Origin: Piromyces finnis finn
Lineage: Eukaryota > Fungi > Neocallimastigomycota
Direction of reading: 5' to 3'
Length of the DNA stretch: 64,000 bases
Assembly (NCBI GenBank): GCA_002104945.1
Contig: MCFH01000017.1
Span: 682,001 to 746,000, forward strand
The position numbers and the translations under genes were made by a program. This document shows, piece by piece, positions 22,681 to 35,965 of the stretch. How positions within the stretch are numbered: the first letter of the stretch is position 1; each line of letters starts with the position of its first letter. Under the pieces are notes generated by a model. That model worked only from the letters and a program-made list of their open reading frames with translations. It had not been told where the DNA came from and did no database searches.

Positions 22681-24918
22681 ATGGTAGACAGATTTTTTAT
22701 AAATGATAAAAAAAGAAAAAGAAAAGAAGAAGAAGATGTAAAAAATAGCGATGATGAAGATTTTTTAGGACATGGTGGAATTGAAGATATGAATCTTCAA
22801 GCTAGTGAAGGTGAAGAAAGTGAAGAAGAAATTGAAACTGCTGCTCAAAAGCGTTTAAGATTAGCAAAAAGATATCTAGGTAAAATTCAATCTCAAGCAA
22901 CTGGTGTAGAAGGTGAAATTGATGCTGAAGAAATTGATAGAGAATTGATTGCTTCACGTTTACAACAAGATGTGGTATGTATATATAGTATGTATTATTA
23001 ATATTTTAAATCGAAGGCAAGGTTAATGTTAAGTTATACTAAGATATATCTTATTATTTAAATATTTGAATTGAATAGCTTGAAGAAAGTGGAAAAGTAT
23101 ATAAAAATATTGCTGATAAATACTTAAATAAAGAATATACTGAAGATGATATAAGAAATGTTCATCCTGGTAATAAGGGTCATAAATTAACAGTAACAAA
23201 TGTCACAGTTGCTTCTATACCTGAAAGAGGTATTCAAACCAATACTCCAGAAACATATATATATTCATCATCAAAAGATGGTTCAATTATTAAATGGGAT
23301 TTCTGGACTGGAAAAAGATTACATGTCTTTGAAGGTGGTTTAAAACCAACTAATAAATTAAAGAAATATTTAGGAACTATCAAGTTGAAGGAACATGTTG
23401 GTCATAATGATATTGTATATGCATTGGCTGCCTCATACGATGGAAAGTATATTGTAAGTGAAATTTATTTGTTTTTCATTGATTATTATTTCAATAGTAG
23501 GATGAGAAAGAGAACGCTTAATAAATATTTATATGCATTTTTGAGCTGTTCCTTTAATTTTTCTTTATTTTTTTTTAAAGAAAAATATACTTGTCCAATA
23601 ATAATGTGATTTTTGAGTCTAAATGTCATCGATTTCCTACTGACTATTTAGAATTATAAATCAAAACATATATATACAATATTGTTTTTTATTTTATATA
23701 AAATTATATAAAATACTAAAAATTAATTATTTTTAACAATAATAATAGGCCTCTGGTGGTAAAGATAAAATAATTAATATCTGGTCTGTTAGTGAAGATA
23801 AACATTTAAAATCATTAGTTCAACATCGTGATAGTGTTACTGTAAGGATAAAATAAATTGTTTGAAAAAAAATAGAATAAAATAATAATAATTAATTTTA
23901 AATAATAGTCATTAGCTTTTAGAAAAGGTTCAAACCAACTCTATAGTGCTTCAATGGATAGAACTATAAAACTCTGGAATGTAGATGAATTAGCCTACAT
24001 TGAAACTTTATTTGGTCATCAAGATAATATTACTGCTATCGATACATTACAACGTGAACGTTGTGTTACAAGTGGTTCTCGTGATAGAACTGTTAGAATG
24101 TGGAAGATTTTAGAAGAATCACAACTTGTATATCGTGCTGGTTCAGGAAACAACACTGGTGAAGAAGTTGAAGGTTCATATAAAAAAGATACCAAAAAAG
24201 CCAGACCATATGGTGGATCTTTAGATGCTGTTGCATTGATTGATGAAGATCACTTTGTAAGTGGTAGTGATAGTGGGTATGTATAAAGTTGTTGAAGTGA
24301 TGTTTAAAAGTATTTAATAAAAAGTAATAAAGTGCTAATGTATATTTTTTTAATTTTAATAGAGCAATCTCATTATGGAACATAAATAAGAAAAAACCAT
24401 ATTATACCCGTTTATACTGTCATGGTAAAGGAAGAATAATATCTTCAGTTGAAGAAGATGATACCACTAAAGAAAAGCGTACATTGTATTGTAATTGGAT
24501 TATATCTTTAGCTTCTGTTCCATATTCTGATCTTTTTGCCTCCGGATCATGTGATGGTAATATAAAATTATGGAAAGTAGCAGAAAATATGAAATCCTTT
24601 TCACCAGTTACTACCATTCCAATGGTAAATATCCTAATAATAATAATTATTATTAAAATATAAAAATGAGAATAAAAAATGATGATTAAACCCTATAAAT
24701 TTATTTTTAATAATATAAAATAGGATGGTTTTATAAATTCCATTAGATTTGTCTTAACACCAGACCCAGAAATGCAAAATTCAAATGATCCAGAAAAGTT
24801 ACTTCGTAAAGATAATGAGTTAGTTCATATGGTTGTTGGTGTTGGTCAAGAACATAAATATGGTAGATGGTGGAATTTAAAGGGTATTAAGAATAAAGTC
24901 TGTGTTATTAGTCTTTAG
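22681..24918 (+). CDS. RRP9: U3 snoRNP-associated WD40 protein Rrp9 (U3-55K), multi-exon
   Basis: ETAAQKRLRLAKRYL, WD repeats (DRTIKLWNVDELAYIETLFGHQD, LQRERCVTSGSRDRTVRMWKILEESQLVYRAG), C-terminal GQEHKYGRWW and stop TAG at 24916-24918. Confidence 0.93.
23493..23648 (+). ncRNA. Candidate intronic box C/D snoRNA
   Basis: Within an RRP9 intron starting at 23454: AATAG-T-AGGATGA (box C, 1 mismatch) ... CTGA (box D, 23640-23643)-CTATT. AATAG/CTATT forms a terminal stem. No target identified. Confidence 0.3.
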
Positions 24919-25499
24919 ATTTTTATTCATTCAATAAGAATATCATAAATTATAAAATTATAAATCACGTATCACTATTTAATTTATTGTATTAATTTTT
25001 GTCATCATAACTTAACAATAAAACATCAATTAATTTAATCAGTAATTTTCTTTTCTTTTTTACTAGTTTAATACTAAAAATCATTTTTTAGAATATATAA
25101 TTTAAATCAACATTTTGTTTATCATTGTTTTTACATATCTCATTTAACAGTTATTATCCATCATAATTAAAGAAATGCTTTTACTCAATTTTTTTTTATA
25201 TTAAATTCACTTTACATTTATTAATTAATTAATAAATAATAATTATTATTATAATAAAATAAAAAGTGGAAATTTCACATTAAAGCATTTAAATAGTTTT
25301 TATGGTAAATTTTAGTGTTTTTTTTTTTTTTTTTTTGTCCTTTAAAGTTTTTGTGTAAAAAAAAAAAAAATTAAGAAATGATAGTTTTAGCTCTAGTTTT
25401 CATAGTAGATGCAAAAATGGGAATGAAATTGTCACAATGATTTACACTTGAAAATATCAAAATTGTTTGTGTGTGTATGTGTGTTGGTATTTCTAAAAG

Positions 25500-27730
25500 T
25501 TGATGGAAAATGTCCGCTTAAAGCCATGTTACTTATACATTCACTTTCTAAAAAAACACCCTATCTCTAGTAAAATATCTTGGAAATTCATTGATAAGCT
25601 CAAAAACAATAGATCATACAAAAACAAACGATCTATCAAATCTACTACTGGTCTACTCTCTGACAATTTCTATTTTAGTCACTTAAATTCTAATGCTTCC
25701 TTTTTCAATTTATGTACTTGCTGGAACATCAATGGTTGGAACCCTAAGAAAAAGGACGGGTGTTTTATACTTCATCTCTGTTTTCAAACCTGTATGTGTC
25801 TGCCTTCAAGAAGTAGGTAACAGCCAATTCCTCTGTGGTAATGTAATTTCCTCCCCATGCCTACCAAACTATAAACCAGTACACAGACGTGCTAATCCTA
25901 AGGTTCCAGGTATGAGAGGACTTTACATTGGTGTTCATAACACTTGTTCCTTTTACTCCTGAACCTCTTCTATATAAGTACATCATTTCAGTTAAAATAC
26001 TGTCATTTTGGAACCAGAGATGTACCATCGGTAATATTTACTTCCCGCAAACTAGATGGCCGGATGCTAGATTAATTGCCTTTGATGAACTTGATAAGTG
26101 GTTAACAACGCATAACAAATTCAACCACCCAGCTATCCTTGTAGAAGACTTTAACATGTCAGCTATTAAAATCAAATTTTATATATCACAACACTTCCCG
26201 GATATGGCAGAATTAACTAGTAATAATTTCACTTGGGAAAAAGGTTCTAAATCTTCATGCATTGACCATGTTATATACAACAAAGCTATGACAGAACACA
26301 TAAACAAATCTTCAGTTTGCAAAGTTTTTCATGATGTTTCTGATCCCAAACCGATCCTTGTGTCTTGTAAAAAAAGACTCTTCTGACGGTTTCAAAAAGC
26401 CTAAGAAGACCTTTAAGTGGTCAAGTCATATCTGTAAAACAAAGTGTTCTGACATTCTTACTAGTAATCGCTTTGCTGTACTAGCTTCCGAGCTTGAAGC
26501 AAATTGCGATAGCCTTTCGGCTGACGATATAGTTTCCAAATTTTTAGATACTTCCAAAACTATAGGTAAAGAAATAAAAGCCATTGTGCCTGCAGATTTA
26601 AAAGGTCCAGCATTCTATTGCCCTCAATACATCAAAAACTTATCACATGAAAAACACCTGGCTCACAAAAATATTAAACCCCTTTCAGATTGTGCTGACA
26701 TGGATAATTATCTTAACCCGTTCTCCATATACCAAAATTTATGTAATACTATCAAAAAGGTTAAGAGTAAATTCAGATCCAATCTCTATAAAGCTAATAT
26801 TGTTTTTTGTTTCTATCGTTAAACACTTTATTGATAAAAGCTGTAGACAAGGTTGGAAAGGCCTTAAAAAACTTGCCAAACCAAATTATTCATCCTCTCA
26901 TGTTTCAACTTTTAAGGACAAGAATGGCAAGGATTTATTTTCCCCACAAGAACAATTAAAACGTTGGGCTGAACATTATGAAAATCCTGCATCTGATGTT
27001 ACAAATCATAGCTTAAATCGGGGTTACTGGGAAAGAGCCTTCCAATTCAATCATATCAATCAAATAGTATGGGATATTAATGATTCCATCTCCATTGAGG
27101 AAATTAGAAATACTGTTCTGTCAATGAAGAATAATAAGGCACCAGGTCCCGATGGTATCCCAATTGAATTCTTCAAAGCTTTCTTTTGACTAGAAAAAGA
27201 ACATAAGTCTGCTGGAAATTGTCTTAAATTAATTTTTAATAAAATCTGGAATGGATCCTTTCCTTTGAAATGGAACTCTGCTTCCATTCTTTCTATTCCA
27301 AAGAAAGGCGATCTTTCAGATTGCAATAATTATCGTGGTATTTCTCTCATCAACATAGGTCTTAAAATCATTTCAAAAATTGTAACTGATAGAATTTCAA
27401 TGTATGCTCTTTCTCATAATTTTATAAGACCTGAGCAATTTGGTTTTCGCAATAAAGAAGAATGCATTAGCTTATTTATTTCCATTAGAAATTTGTCAAA
27501 GAAGAAAATTTAAAGGAAAAGCCACTTATGTTGCTTTTGACCTAAAAAAAAGCATACGACTCAGTTCCTATTTTTAATATCCTTACAAAGTTATATAAAT
27601 TAAGTATACGTGGTAAGTGCTTTGATTTTCTCAATAATCTCTACTCTACCTCTAAAGCTCGTGCACGTTTCTTGGATATGCTTTCTAATAAATTCCCTAT
27701 CAATCGTGGTGTAAGACAAGGATGTCCAGA
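25500..27730 (+). mobile_element. Degenerate non-LTR retrotransposon (APE endonuclease + RT), RTE-like, 3'-truncated
   Basis: Across several frames: CWNING, CLQEV, EDFN, IDHVI, SDPKP (endonuclease); KAPGPDGIP.EFFK, IPKKGDLSDCNNYRGISL, QFGFR, KAYDSV, GVRQGCP (RT). Multiple frameshifts and stops, and the sequence ends before the YADD motif. Confidence 0.9.
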
Positions 27731-30700
27731 GTTCATTGAATTTTTATGCAACTTTAATAATTATTTTATTATATTTTATGTTAATATTTATATATAATTT
27801 ATTATTTATTTATTATTTATTGTATCAATATGTATTATCATCTAATATAATGTAATATTTCAAATTAAATAAATAAATATAAGAAGAAGTGTATTTTCTT
27901 CCTAGTCTAAAAAAAAATGTGTTGGTATATGGTGTATTATATTTAACAATCATTTATATTATAAAGCATTATAATGACTTTCACCATAAAAGTTTTAATA
28001 ATAGCAAATGACCTTTAAATCTGAAAAATATTAAAGGTTTTAAATATGGGTTTAAAATATTTACAGTTTACATTTAGATTTTTTTTTTTTTTTGACATTA
28101 TCATATTTCATTTATTTGGTATTAATATAGAGTTCTTTTTAATTTTTGTGTTAAACATTTGCCCTAACCCATCAACATTTGTCTCCTTATTTTTGGTAAT
28201 ATTAATAGTATTTCACTTTGAAAATGATATCTTTATAAATTTCTTATGAATTATCTACATAAAATTAGTAAACGTTCCAGATGATTCAGAGAAATGATTT
28301 TTTTAAAATACAATCTTAACTTTTAATATTATCATGTATATTCTATTCCGGTAGACATATAATTAGTTGATTTATATATATATATTTTAAACATAAAGTC
28401 AAAAAGGGAAAAAAAAAAAAGTAATTTATTATTTTTAATCTTCTCGAAAGTTTAAAGTACATCATACTATCCTATCTGATATAATTCTTCCAATTCATTT
28501 CATTCACTTTATTAGGTAAGAATCAATCCCATACACTATAAAAATTGAGGAGTTCTTCAAACTATAACTTGAACCAATTTTTTTTATTCTCTATTTCTGT
28601 CTTTAATTACATACATTTTTAATACTTTTTATTTATCCCCATGTATTATTTACTTAATAAAATATATAAATATTTTAAATTAAAAATTATATTTTCTTAT
28701 TTAAAAGAAAAAAAGAAAAGTAATATATTAATTTTCATATTGATATTTTGAAAATAAATCAATTAAACCCCCCATAATAAAATAAAACACCTTTTCAAAT
28801 TTACTATTTTATTTGGATATAATTATATCAAATAAATTGAATTGTTAAAGTAACACGTTTTTAAATAATAATTTTTTCTTTTCTTTCTTTTTTTCTTCCT
28901 ATTTATTATAATATTTTTGTATACAATACTTTATTACTTAAAAAAAAAAAAATTGATGGCTTAACATTAATTAGTAGTAGTTGTTTTTTCTCAACCTAAT
29001 TAGGGTAATTCATATTATATAAATAATTTCTATAACGTAAAAAAATGTAAAAATGTACGTAATGAAATGTAAAGAATATGTAATTTAAAAATGAAACTTT
29101 GAATGTATGATCCATATTAACATGATGTGAGTCAATTCATTATTGAATAAGTTTTCAAAGGAACAAACAAACTATGGAAAAAAATTAGTATAGAAAAAAA
29201 AAAGGTTTCTTGTTTTTAACAAAGTTTAGTATGAGTTGAGACGGGATGAAACATAAAAAAATAATGCCTTTAAGAAAAACATAAAGTTTACAATAAAAGT
29301 TTTATATTCCAACATTTTCAACATAAAATCTAACCCTTATCAAAAAAGAATTTTCTATATATTAAATAATAATAAAAGTATATTCTAATATATTATAACA
29401 TTCTGTACCAATCAACATTGTTGGTTAAGAAAATTCTGCATTTAAATTGATTTATATCATTATTGCAATTTTATATATATTATACTTTACTATAACAAAG
29501 ACAATATGAAGAAATGTTTTTATTTTACAATTCCACATGAAAAAGGCAATAATGATTAATTAAGAAAAAAAAAAAAAAAAGGATGTTTCAAAGGTCAAAA
29601 TACAATTGAAAAAACAAACAAACAAATAAAAAAAAAAAAAATCTTAAAAATCTTAAAGTTTTAATTATGAACCTATTGTAGCATTAATTTTTATTCATTT
29701 TTTAAGTAAAAATAGTTTGACTTTAAAAAGATTGTCGTTTAAAGTATTTGAAATTGTCTTTTTTTTTTTCAAGCATTATTCATATTTCATAATTATGAAT
29801 AATTAATATAACTTTTTACTATTGTAATAAGAATTCGTCTTCTAACAAATTACCCTTTAATATATTTAGTTGCCGTTTTTTAATATTATTTATTTTTTCA
29901 TATAAAAGTTTTTTTTTTTTCTCAATTGAAATATATTTCTTTATATTGTAATAAATGAAGTAAAAAAAAAAAAAAAAAAGATATTTTAAATTTCATTATA
30001 CTGCAAATTAAAATTTAAGTTTTTAATTAGTATTAATAATAGAAATGGTTTATTATCATAGTATTATTATCATAATACTTCTTCTTTATTACTATTTAAT
30101 ACCAATTAGTAATATTTAGTTTTTCAGAGTTTTTAAACATTATTTTTCATTTTCATTTTTTTTTTTATAGAAAATACCTCTTTTAATAAAGGTGCCTATG
30201 AAACTTTTTAAAACAATAATACTTTTTTTTAAATAGACAACACCTTTCCAATATTAATAAAATATACAATTTTTTAATTAGGATGATTTGAAAGAGATAA
30301 TAACATATGCGCTTGTTGAATTCTGTATAATGTGTTGTATATTAAGAATGTATTGTAAATATATCAATTCATATTCTTTTGTGCCATTTAAAGATATTGT
30401 TTATATTGCTTAAACCAATGAAATAAATGAACGGATGCTTGATAGTTTATTCCATACAAAAGTAAAAAAAAAAAAGTTTTAAAGTATTATGAATCAGAAC
30501 AAAAAAAAAAAAGTATAGAAAAAAGAAGAATAGCATTTTCTATAAAACTTTTTAAAATTTCTATAAAACAAATTTTGAAAATGATGAATACTTAAAAATA
30601 AATAAAGAATAATATTCTAACAGATATAATAGTATATTGTAATGTATTGTAATATATTTAAATAATGTATATAAAATGTAAATACTGTATTTTAAATTAA

Positions 30701-31000
30701 AGTGTATGAATCATCAATATAATAAAAAAAAAAAACCTTGTGATTGATGAATCATTTTTTTTAAAAAGGCTCAGATATAAACAATCCGTTGATAGAATAT
30801 AGACCATATATTTCTTTTTTTTTTATTTTTGTATAAATAGAGAATGTTTTTTCCATTTTTTTAATTCTTTGAAACGCATCAACTATTTTAATATTATTAG
30901 TATCATTAAAATTACATAAATATATACTTTTTTTTTTATTATTATCTTCATAATTATTACTCATATCTTAAAACTATCATTCATAATTATTTTTCGAAAA

Positions 31001-32368
31001 ATGTTTTTAAAAAATAAAATCACTATTCTCTACCTTTTTTCACTTTTATTTATGGTTTTTGCCAATGGTAAAAAACTAAATGCTTGTGATAAAATTTTGA
31101 AATTGAGAGGTATTGAAAGTTGTACTCCTGGTGTCGATGGTTCTGTTGAAAAGATATATATCATATCATCAAAGTTAAATCAAAATTCTATTGATAAACT
31201 TAGTAAATATGATATTAAGGACATCTCTGTTAGAGTAACTACCTTTGCTAAGAACCTTAACCTTGAACCAATTGGAAATATTACTAATCTTAGTTCAATT
31301 GATCTTAGATTAGATGGAATTGAAGAAGCTCCAGAAAATTTCATTAAATATTTCAAAAATGCTAGATATGTATATTTATACTATCTTGTATTAAATCAAA
31401 AAACAATTGAAGAAATCTCAGCTTTAACTGAAACTAAGAAATTATCATTTAACAAATGCACTTTCGAACAAACTCTTGATTACAGTCCATTAAAGAAATT
31501 AACTAAGCTTGAAGTATTAGAAATGGATGAATATTTACTTCAAAATAAAAAGGAAAATGTTATTGCAGAAATTCCAGAATTTGTTTTTGAATTAAAGAGT
31601 TTAAAGGAACTTATTGTTACTAGTAGTGATATTAGAAAGATTCCAGAAAAATTATCAAATCTTAAAAATCTTGAAGTTCTTGATTTAAATGATAATGATA
31701 TTGATGATGTTATCCCAGAATCTTTAAACACATTACCAGAACTTAGAGAAATTGATTTTACAGATAATATAAATGTTAAAGGTAAAACTTTAACCAATCC
31801 TAAACTTACTAGTTGTAAGTATGACTCTGCCTTTACTTTATGTGAAGCTAAAGAAATGGAATGTTTAAAGGAATTCAACTTTAAAAAATGTTCTGATTTG
31901 AATGATCATTACACTACTAATGGTCAATGTGGTAATGGTAATGGTAAATGTAAACCTGGTTATTGTTGTAGTAAAGATGGCTGGTGTGGTAAAACCGAAT
32001 CTCACTGCTCTGTTAGAAAAGGCTGTCAATATCAATTTGGTACTTGTAATGATGAACCAAATCAAGAATCAAAAAATGGTAGATGTGGTGAAGGATTTGG
32101 AAAATGCCCAAAAGGCCAATGTTGTGGTAAAGATGGTTACTGTGGTGTAACTGATAAACATTGCTTATCTAACCTTGGTTGTCAAAGTGAATTTGGTGAC
32201 TGTCATTCAAATAATTTAAGTGTCGATGGTAGATGCGGTGTTGAAAATGGAGCAAGATGTCCAGAAGGTCAATGTTGTAGTAAACATGGCTGGTGTGGTA
32301 AGGGTAGTAATTACTGTGATGCCGGTTGTCAACTTTTATATGGTGATTGTAATAAAAGTAAAGTTTGA
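31001..32368 (+). CDS. Secreted leucine-rich-repeat protein with three C-terminal CBM18 (hevein-type) chitin-binding modules
   Basis: Single exon; signal peptide; LRRs (LKSLKELIVTSSDIRKIPEKLSNLKNLEVLDLNDNDI); three 8-Cys repeats GxCG...C..G.CCSK.GWCG....C...C...(F/Y)G.C. Confidence 0.92.
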   Translation: MFLKNKITILYLFSLLFMVFANGKKLNACDKILKLRGIESCTPGVDGSVEKIYIISSKLNQNSIDKLSKYDIKDISVRVTTFAKNLNLEPIGNITNLSSIDLRLDGIEEAPENFIKYFKNARYVYLYYLVLNQKTIEEISALTETKKLSFNKCTFEQTLDYSPLKKLTKLEVLEMDEYLLQNKKENVIAEIPEFVFELKSLKELIVTSSDIRKIPEKLSNLKNLEVLDLNDNDIDDVIPESLNTLPELREIDFTDNINVKGKTLTNPKLTSCKYDSAFTLCEAKEMECLKEFNFKKCSDLNDHYTTNGQCGNGNGKCKPGYCCSKDGWCGKTESHCSVRKGCQYQFGTCNDEPNQESKNGRCGEGFGKCPKGQCCGKDGYCGVTDKHCLSNLGCQSEFGDCHSNNLSVDGRCGVENGARCPEGQCCSKHGWCGKGSNYCDAGCQLLYGDCNKSKV

Positions 32369-34368
32369 AGTTAAAAAAAAAAGTATAGTAAATCTAATGA
32401 AACTTTTAATAAGAAAAAAAATTTAAAATAAACAAAACAAAATAAATATAAAAAAAAGAATTCAAATGAAAATGAAATCTAAGGTATTATAATCCAAACA
32501 TTTGAATCATTAATATCTTATGTAAAAAAAAATAATTCACCCTTGACTGTAATAATATATAGTAAAGGAAGAAATATTAAATAGAAAATAAAAAAAAAAT
32601 CAGCATAGTCTTAATAAGATATAATTGTACTTTGAAAAAAAAAAGAATTTTTATTTTCTATACGCTATATGTATATTATAAAAACATTGTATTATTATTA
32701 TATGACTTGAATATAATATAATACAAAGGATTATTTTATAATTACATGCAATTACAACATTTATTTATAAGAACAATCAAATATATTAAATATATTTATA
32801 TTTTTTTTGCTACTCATGTTATATTTTAAACATTATATTATTATCAAATTAAAATTTTCTATTTATTAGAAAATATATTTGAGCTCATTATATTGCTTAA
32901 ATGTTATTTTCATTTAAGCAACTATTCAATATTATGCATAATTAAAGAAATAATCATTTTATATTAATACTTTAAAATATCCATTAAACATATATTTTGT
33001 TAATATTTATATTAATATAGTTTTTTTTAATATGACTATATTAAAAAACTAATATTATTATAAATCATTTGAAATAAAGAATCAAATAAGAAGAAAATTA
33101 AAAAAGATAAATTAAAAATAATTAAAGTGTTCATTTAAAGTTAACTTTGCTAATATTTGTGTAATGATATAGTAATAGCTTATTAATGTTATTGCTGGAA
33201 CGTTATATTAAAAAATGGATTTTTGATGATATATTTTAATTAATTATTTAGTCATTTTCTTATTCCATCATGATTTTTAATAATGTATTATTATTTCTTT
33301 CAGGGACTTCTTTTATTTATTAATATTATATACAATTACAATATGTAATTATAGTATAATTTTTAAATTTTAAAATTCATATATATTTATAGTAGTTGTA
33401 GCTTGTTGTTAAAGCGATTAATTCAATTATATTGTATTTCAAATATAACGAGATTAATTTCAACAATTACATCATTGAAATAATTGACACTTTTAAAGTT
33501 ATATGAATTGTGATGGATTTTTTGGATCATAATCTTCCAAGGAAAAGAAAAAGAAGGTTTATCAATGGTTGCAAAGATTATTGAATTAATGAATGCAAAT
33601 TCATTCTTAATAGATACTGAAAGTAGATATTCTATTGAAATGACATCTGATGTTGGTAATACATTAATAATTGCAAATAACTTTTTAACATTTATTTATT
33701 CATTCACTTATTTATTTAATAATTTATTTATCTATTTATTTACATTTAATTAAAAAAAAGTAAAAAACATTTTAAAATTTTAAAACATATAAAATAAATT
33801 TTTATACATTTATGTGATTAAATAATGGCAGATTATGAAATGGTATAATCCTACTTACATTTTATTTATAACTAAACATCATTTAAAGTAATTAATAATT
33901 CAAGAAATAATTGCACTACCTTATTTTATTGATAAAATATAAAGGTTTATGGCGATGACATAAAAAAGAAAAAAAAAATAGAGTTAATGTAATTCCTAAG
34001 GTACAATTTTCTTTTCTGTAAAAATTTATCAAGAAATAAAATTAAAAATAATTAAACTAACAATAAAAAAAGGTATAAAAAATAAGACATATTATTATTA
34101 ATTATTGTAATAAAACAAAAAAAAAAAAAAAAAAAAAAAGGAAAAAGAAATAAACTTATTTAATATATTTCTTAAACCAATATATTTTTAAAAAAAAAGA
34201 CTTTTTTTTCTTGATTCTAATAAAATAATTATATCATTTTAAAAGTTTTTTGTTTTTTATTAATTCAAACATACACTTAATAAATAAAATATAACTTTTA
34301 TTACTATTATTATTTTGCTATTTAGATATTTTTTTATAAGTATTTATTTATTTATTTTATTTTAAATG

Positions 34369-34401
<33 letters not shown>

Positions 34402-34425
34402 AAATAAATTTTTTAAAAACTTTTA

Positions 34426-35965
34426 TTAGTAAAAGAAATAAAGTGCAATAATAATAGATAAAATTAATGAACCAAAGGATGTTATCATTTTTGGATTAGC
34501 ACCACTTTTACTATCAGATTTATTATTTGAAACATTTTCAGTTCTGTATTTATCTTTAACTCCGGTACAGACATCAAGAGTTACAGGTTTTGCGTTATAA
34601 TTTTCAAATAGAGTAATAACTATTGATATATGTATGTACGTGTATATATTAGACATATAAATAAAAATAAATAATATATTTTAACATAAAAATGTATATT
34701 ATTATCATTATTACTCTTCTTCCAAGCTTCAGTTAAATTTTCTAAACCATCTTGGTTATTATCAATGAATTTTGGATATGTTTTAGTGTCTTTGTTATAA
34801 TCCTTTTTTAATTTTTCTTCATAGAGTTTAACAAATTCATCAACGTTCTTTTTTTCTTTATAATTTATTATAAAATATTTATATAATATTAAAGATAGTT
34901 TCTTTTTATAAAATATATATACATAAAGAAAAATTATTTACCAGAAAGATCAATAACACTATCTGTAAGGATAAATCCAAGTTCATCAATAGCTTTTAAA
35001 TAATTTTCATTTTTGTCCAAGTCAGATGGAAGACGAATGACTATTAATAATATTATAATGAATTTAATAATAGCGATAATAATATTAATAATGATTTTCT
35101 ACTTAATTATAGTTTTTTTTCAATTATTTGAAAAATGTTATATCAAAAAATTAGTTAATGTATTGTGTTTATATATACATTTTGGATTAACACCAGTTGC
35201 ATCCATAATAATTTTAGCTTCCTTTTCGAGTTCTTCTTTTATTTCATTAATACCAAGTCCTTTAAGTTGCTCTAATTTTAATGTTGAAGCAAGTTTAAGA
35301 CCTATAAGATGTCCATCATTTACAATTGCTTTTACAATATCTTTATTGGTATCTTTAATACTATTTAACGTAAAAAAAAATAATAGATATATTATTATAT
35401 CATATCAATTATTATAATTTCCAATAATATATAATAATATAATAAAAGAAGCATATTTTCTATATATACTTTGATGAATCAAGATGAAAAGTAGCTTTAA
35501 CATTATTGTCTTTAAGAATTTCTAAAATTGAACTTGTTGTTTCACTAATATAATATATTTATGATAAATATAAAGTTAACCATGTTTTTTTTTTACAAAT
35601 ATTATTTTTCATTATAATAAATAATTATTATTGTAAAAAAAAGTATTTTTTTTTATTGCTTACGTTGGTCCATCATTCTATTATATATTTTTATGTATAT
35701 TTTATTATATTTATTCAATCAAAAAGTATATAATGTTAATTATAAATAATAATATATTTTTAAATAAAATTATTTGTATATTTACAAAAGAAACACCAAT
35801 ATCACCGTTGTTTTGACAACTATTATAAATTGTTGTTGAACGAGTACTTAGTGGAGAACGTCTCGATCTCTGCTTCGCACTTGGTGACCAGTCTACATAA
35901 CATAACATTACAAATACTACCAATATCACTGTAATTCTAAATGAATTTAGTTTATTTCCTGCCAT
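34426..35965 (-). CDS. GPI-anchored CE4/NodB polysaccharide-deacetylase homologue with degenerate catalytic motifs, multi-exon
   Basis: Exons 35965-35786, 35677-35664 (14 nt), 35544-35470, from 35360, from ~35040 and further, giving IYNSCQNNGDIGVSFNDGPTETTSSILEILKDNNVKATFHL..DGHLIGLKL..TGVNPKFIRLPS..KPVTLDVCTG. N-terminal hydrophobic signal and C-terminal SG..hydrophobic GPI-type tail. Confidence 0.8.

Noticed and set aside
28000-29500. Slightly GC-richer patches resembling decayed coding sequence
   Set aside because: Stops in all frames and no motif I can identify.
33565-33753. 62-aa ORF between the LRR-CBM18 and CE4 genes
   Set aside because: Possibly a gene remnant, but there are no recognisable motifs or splice partners.
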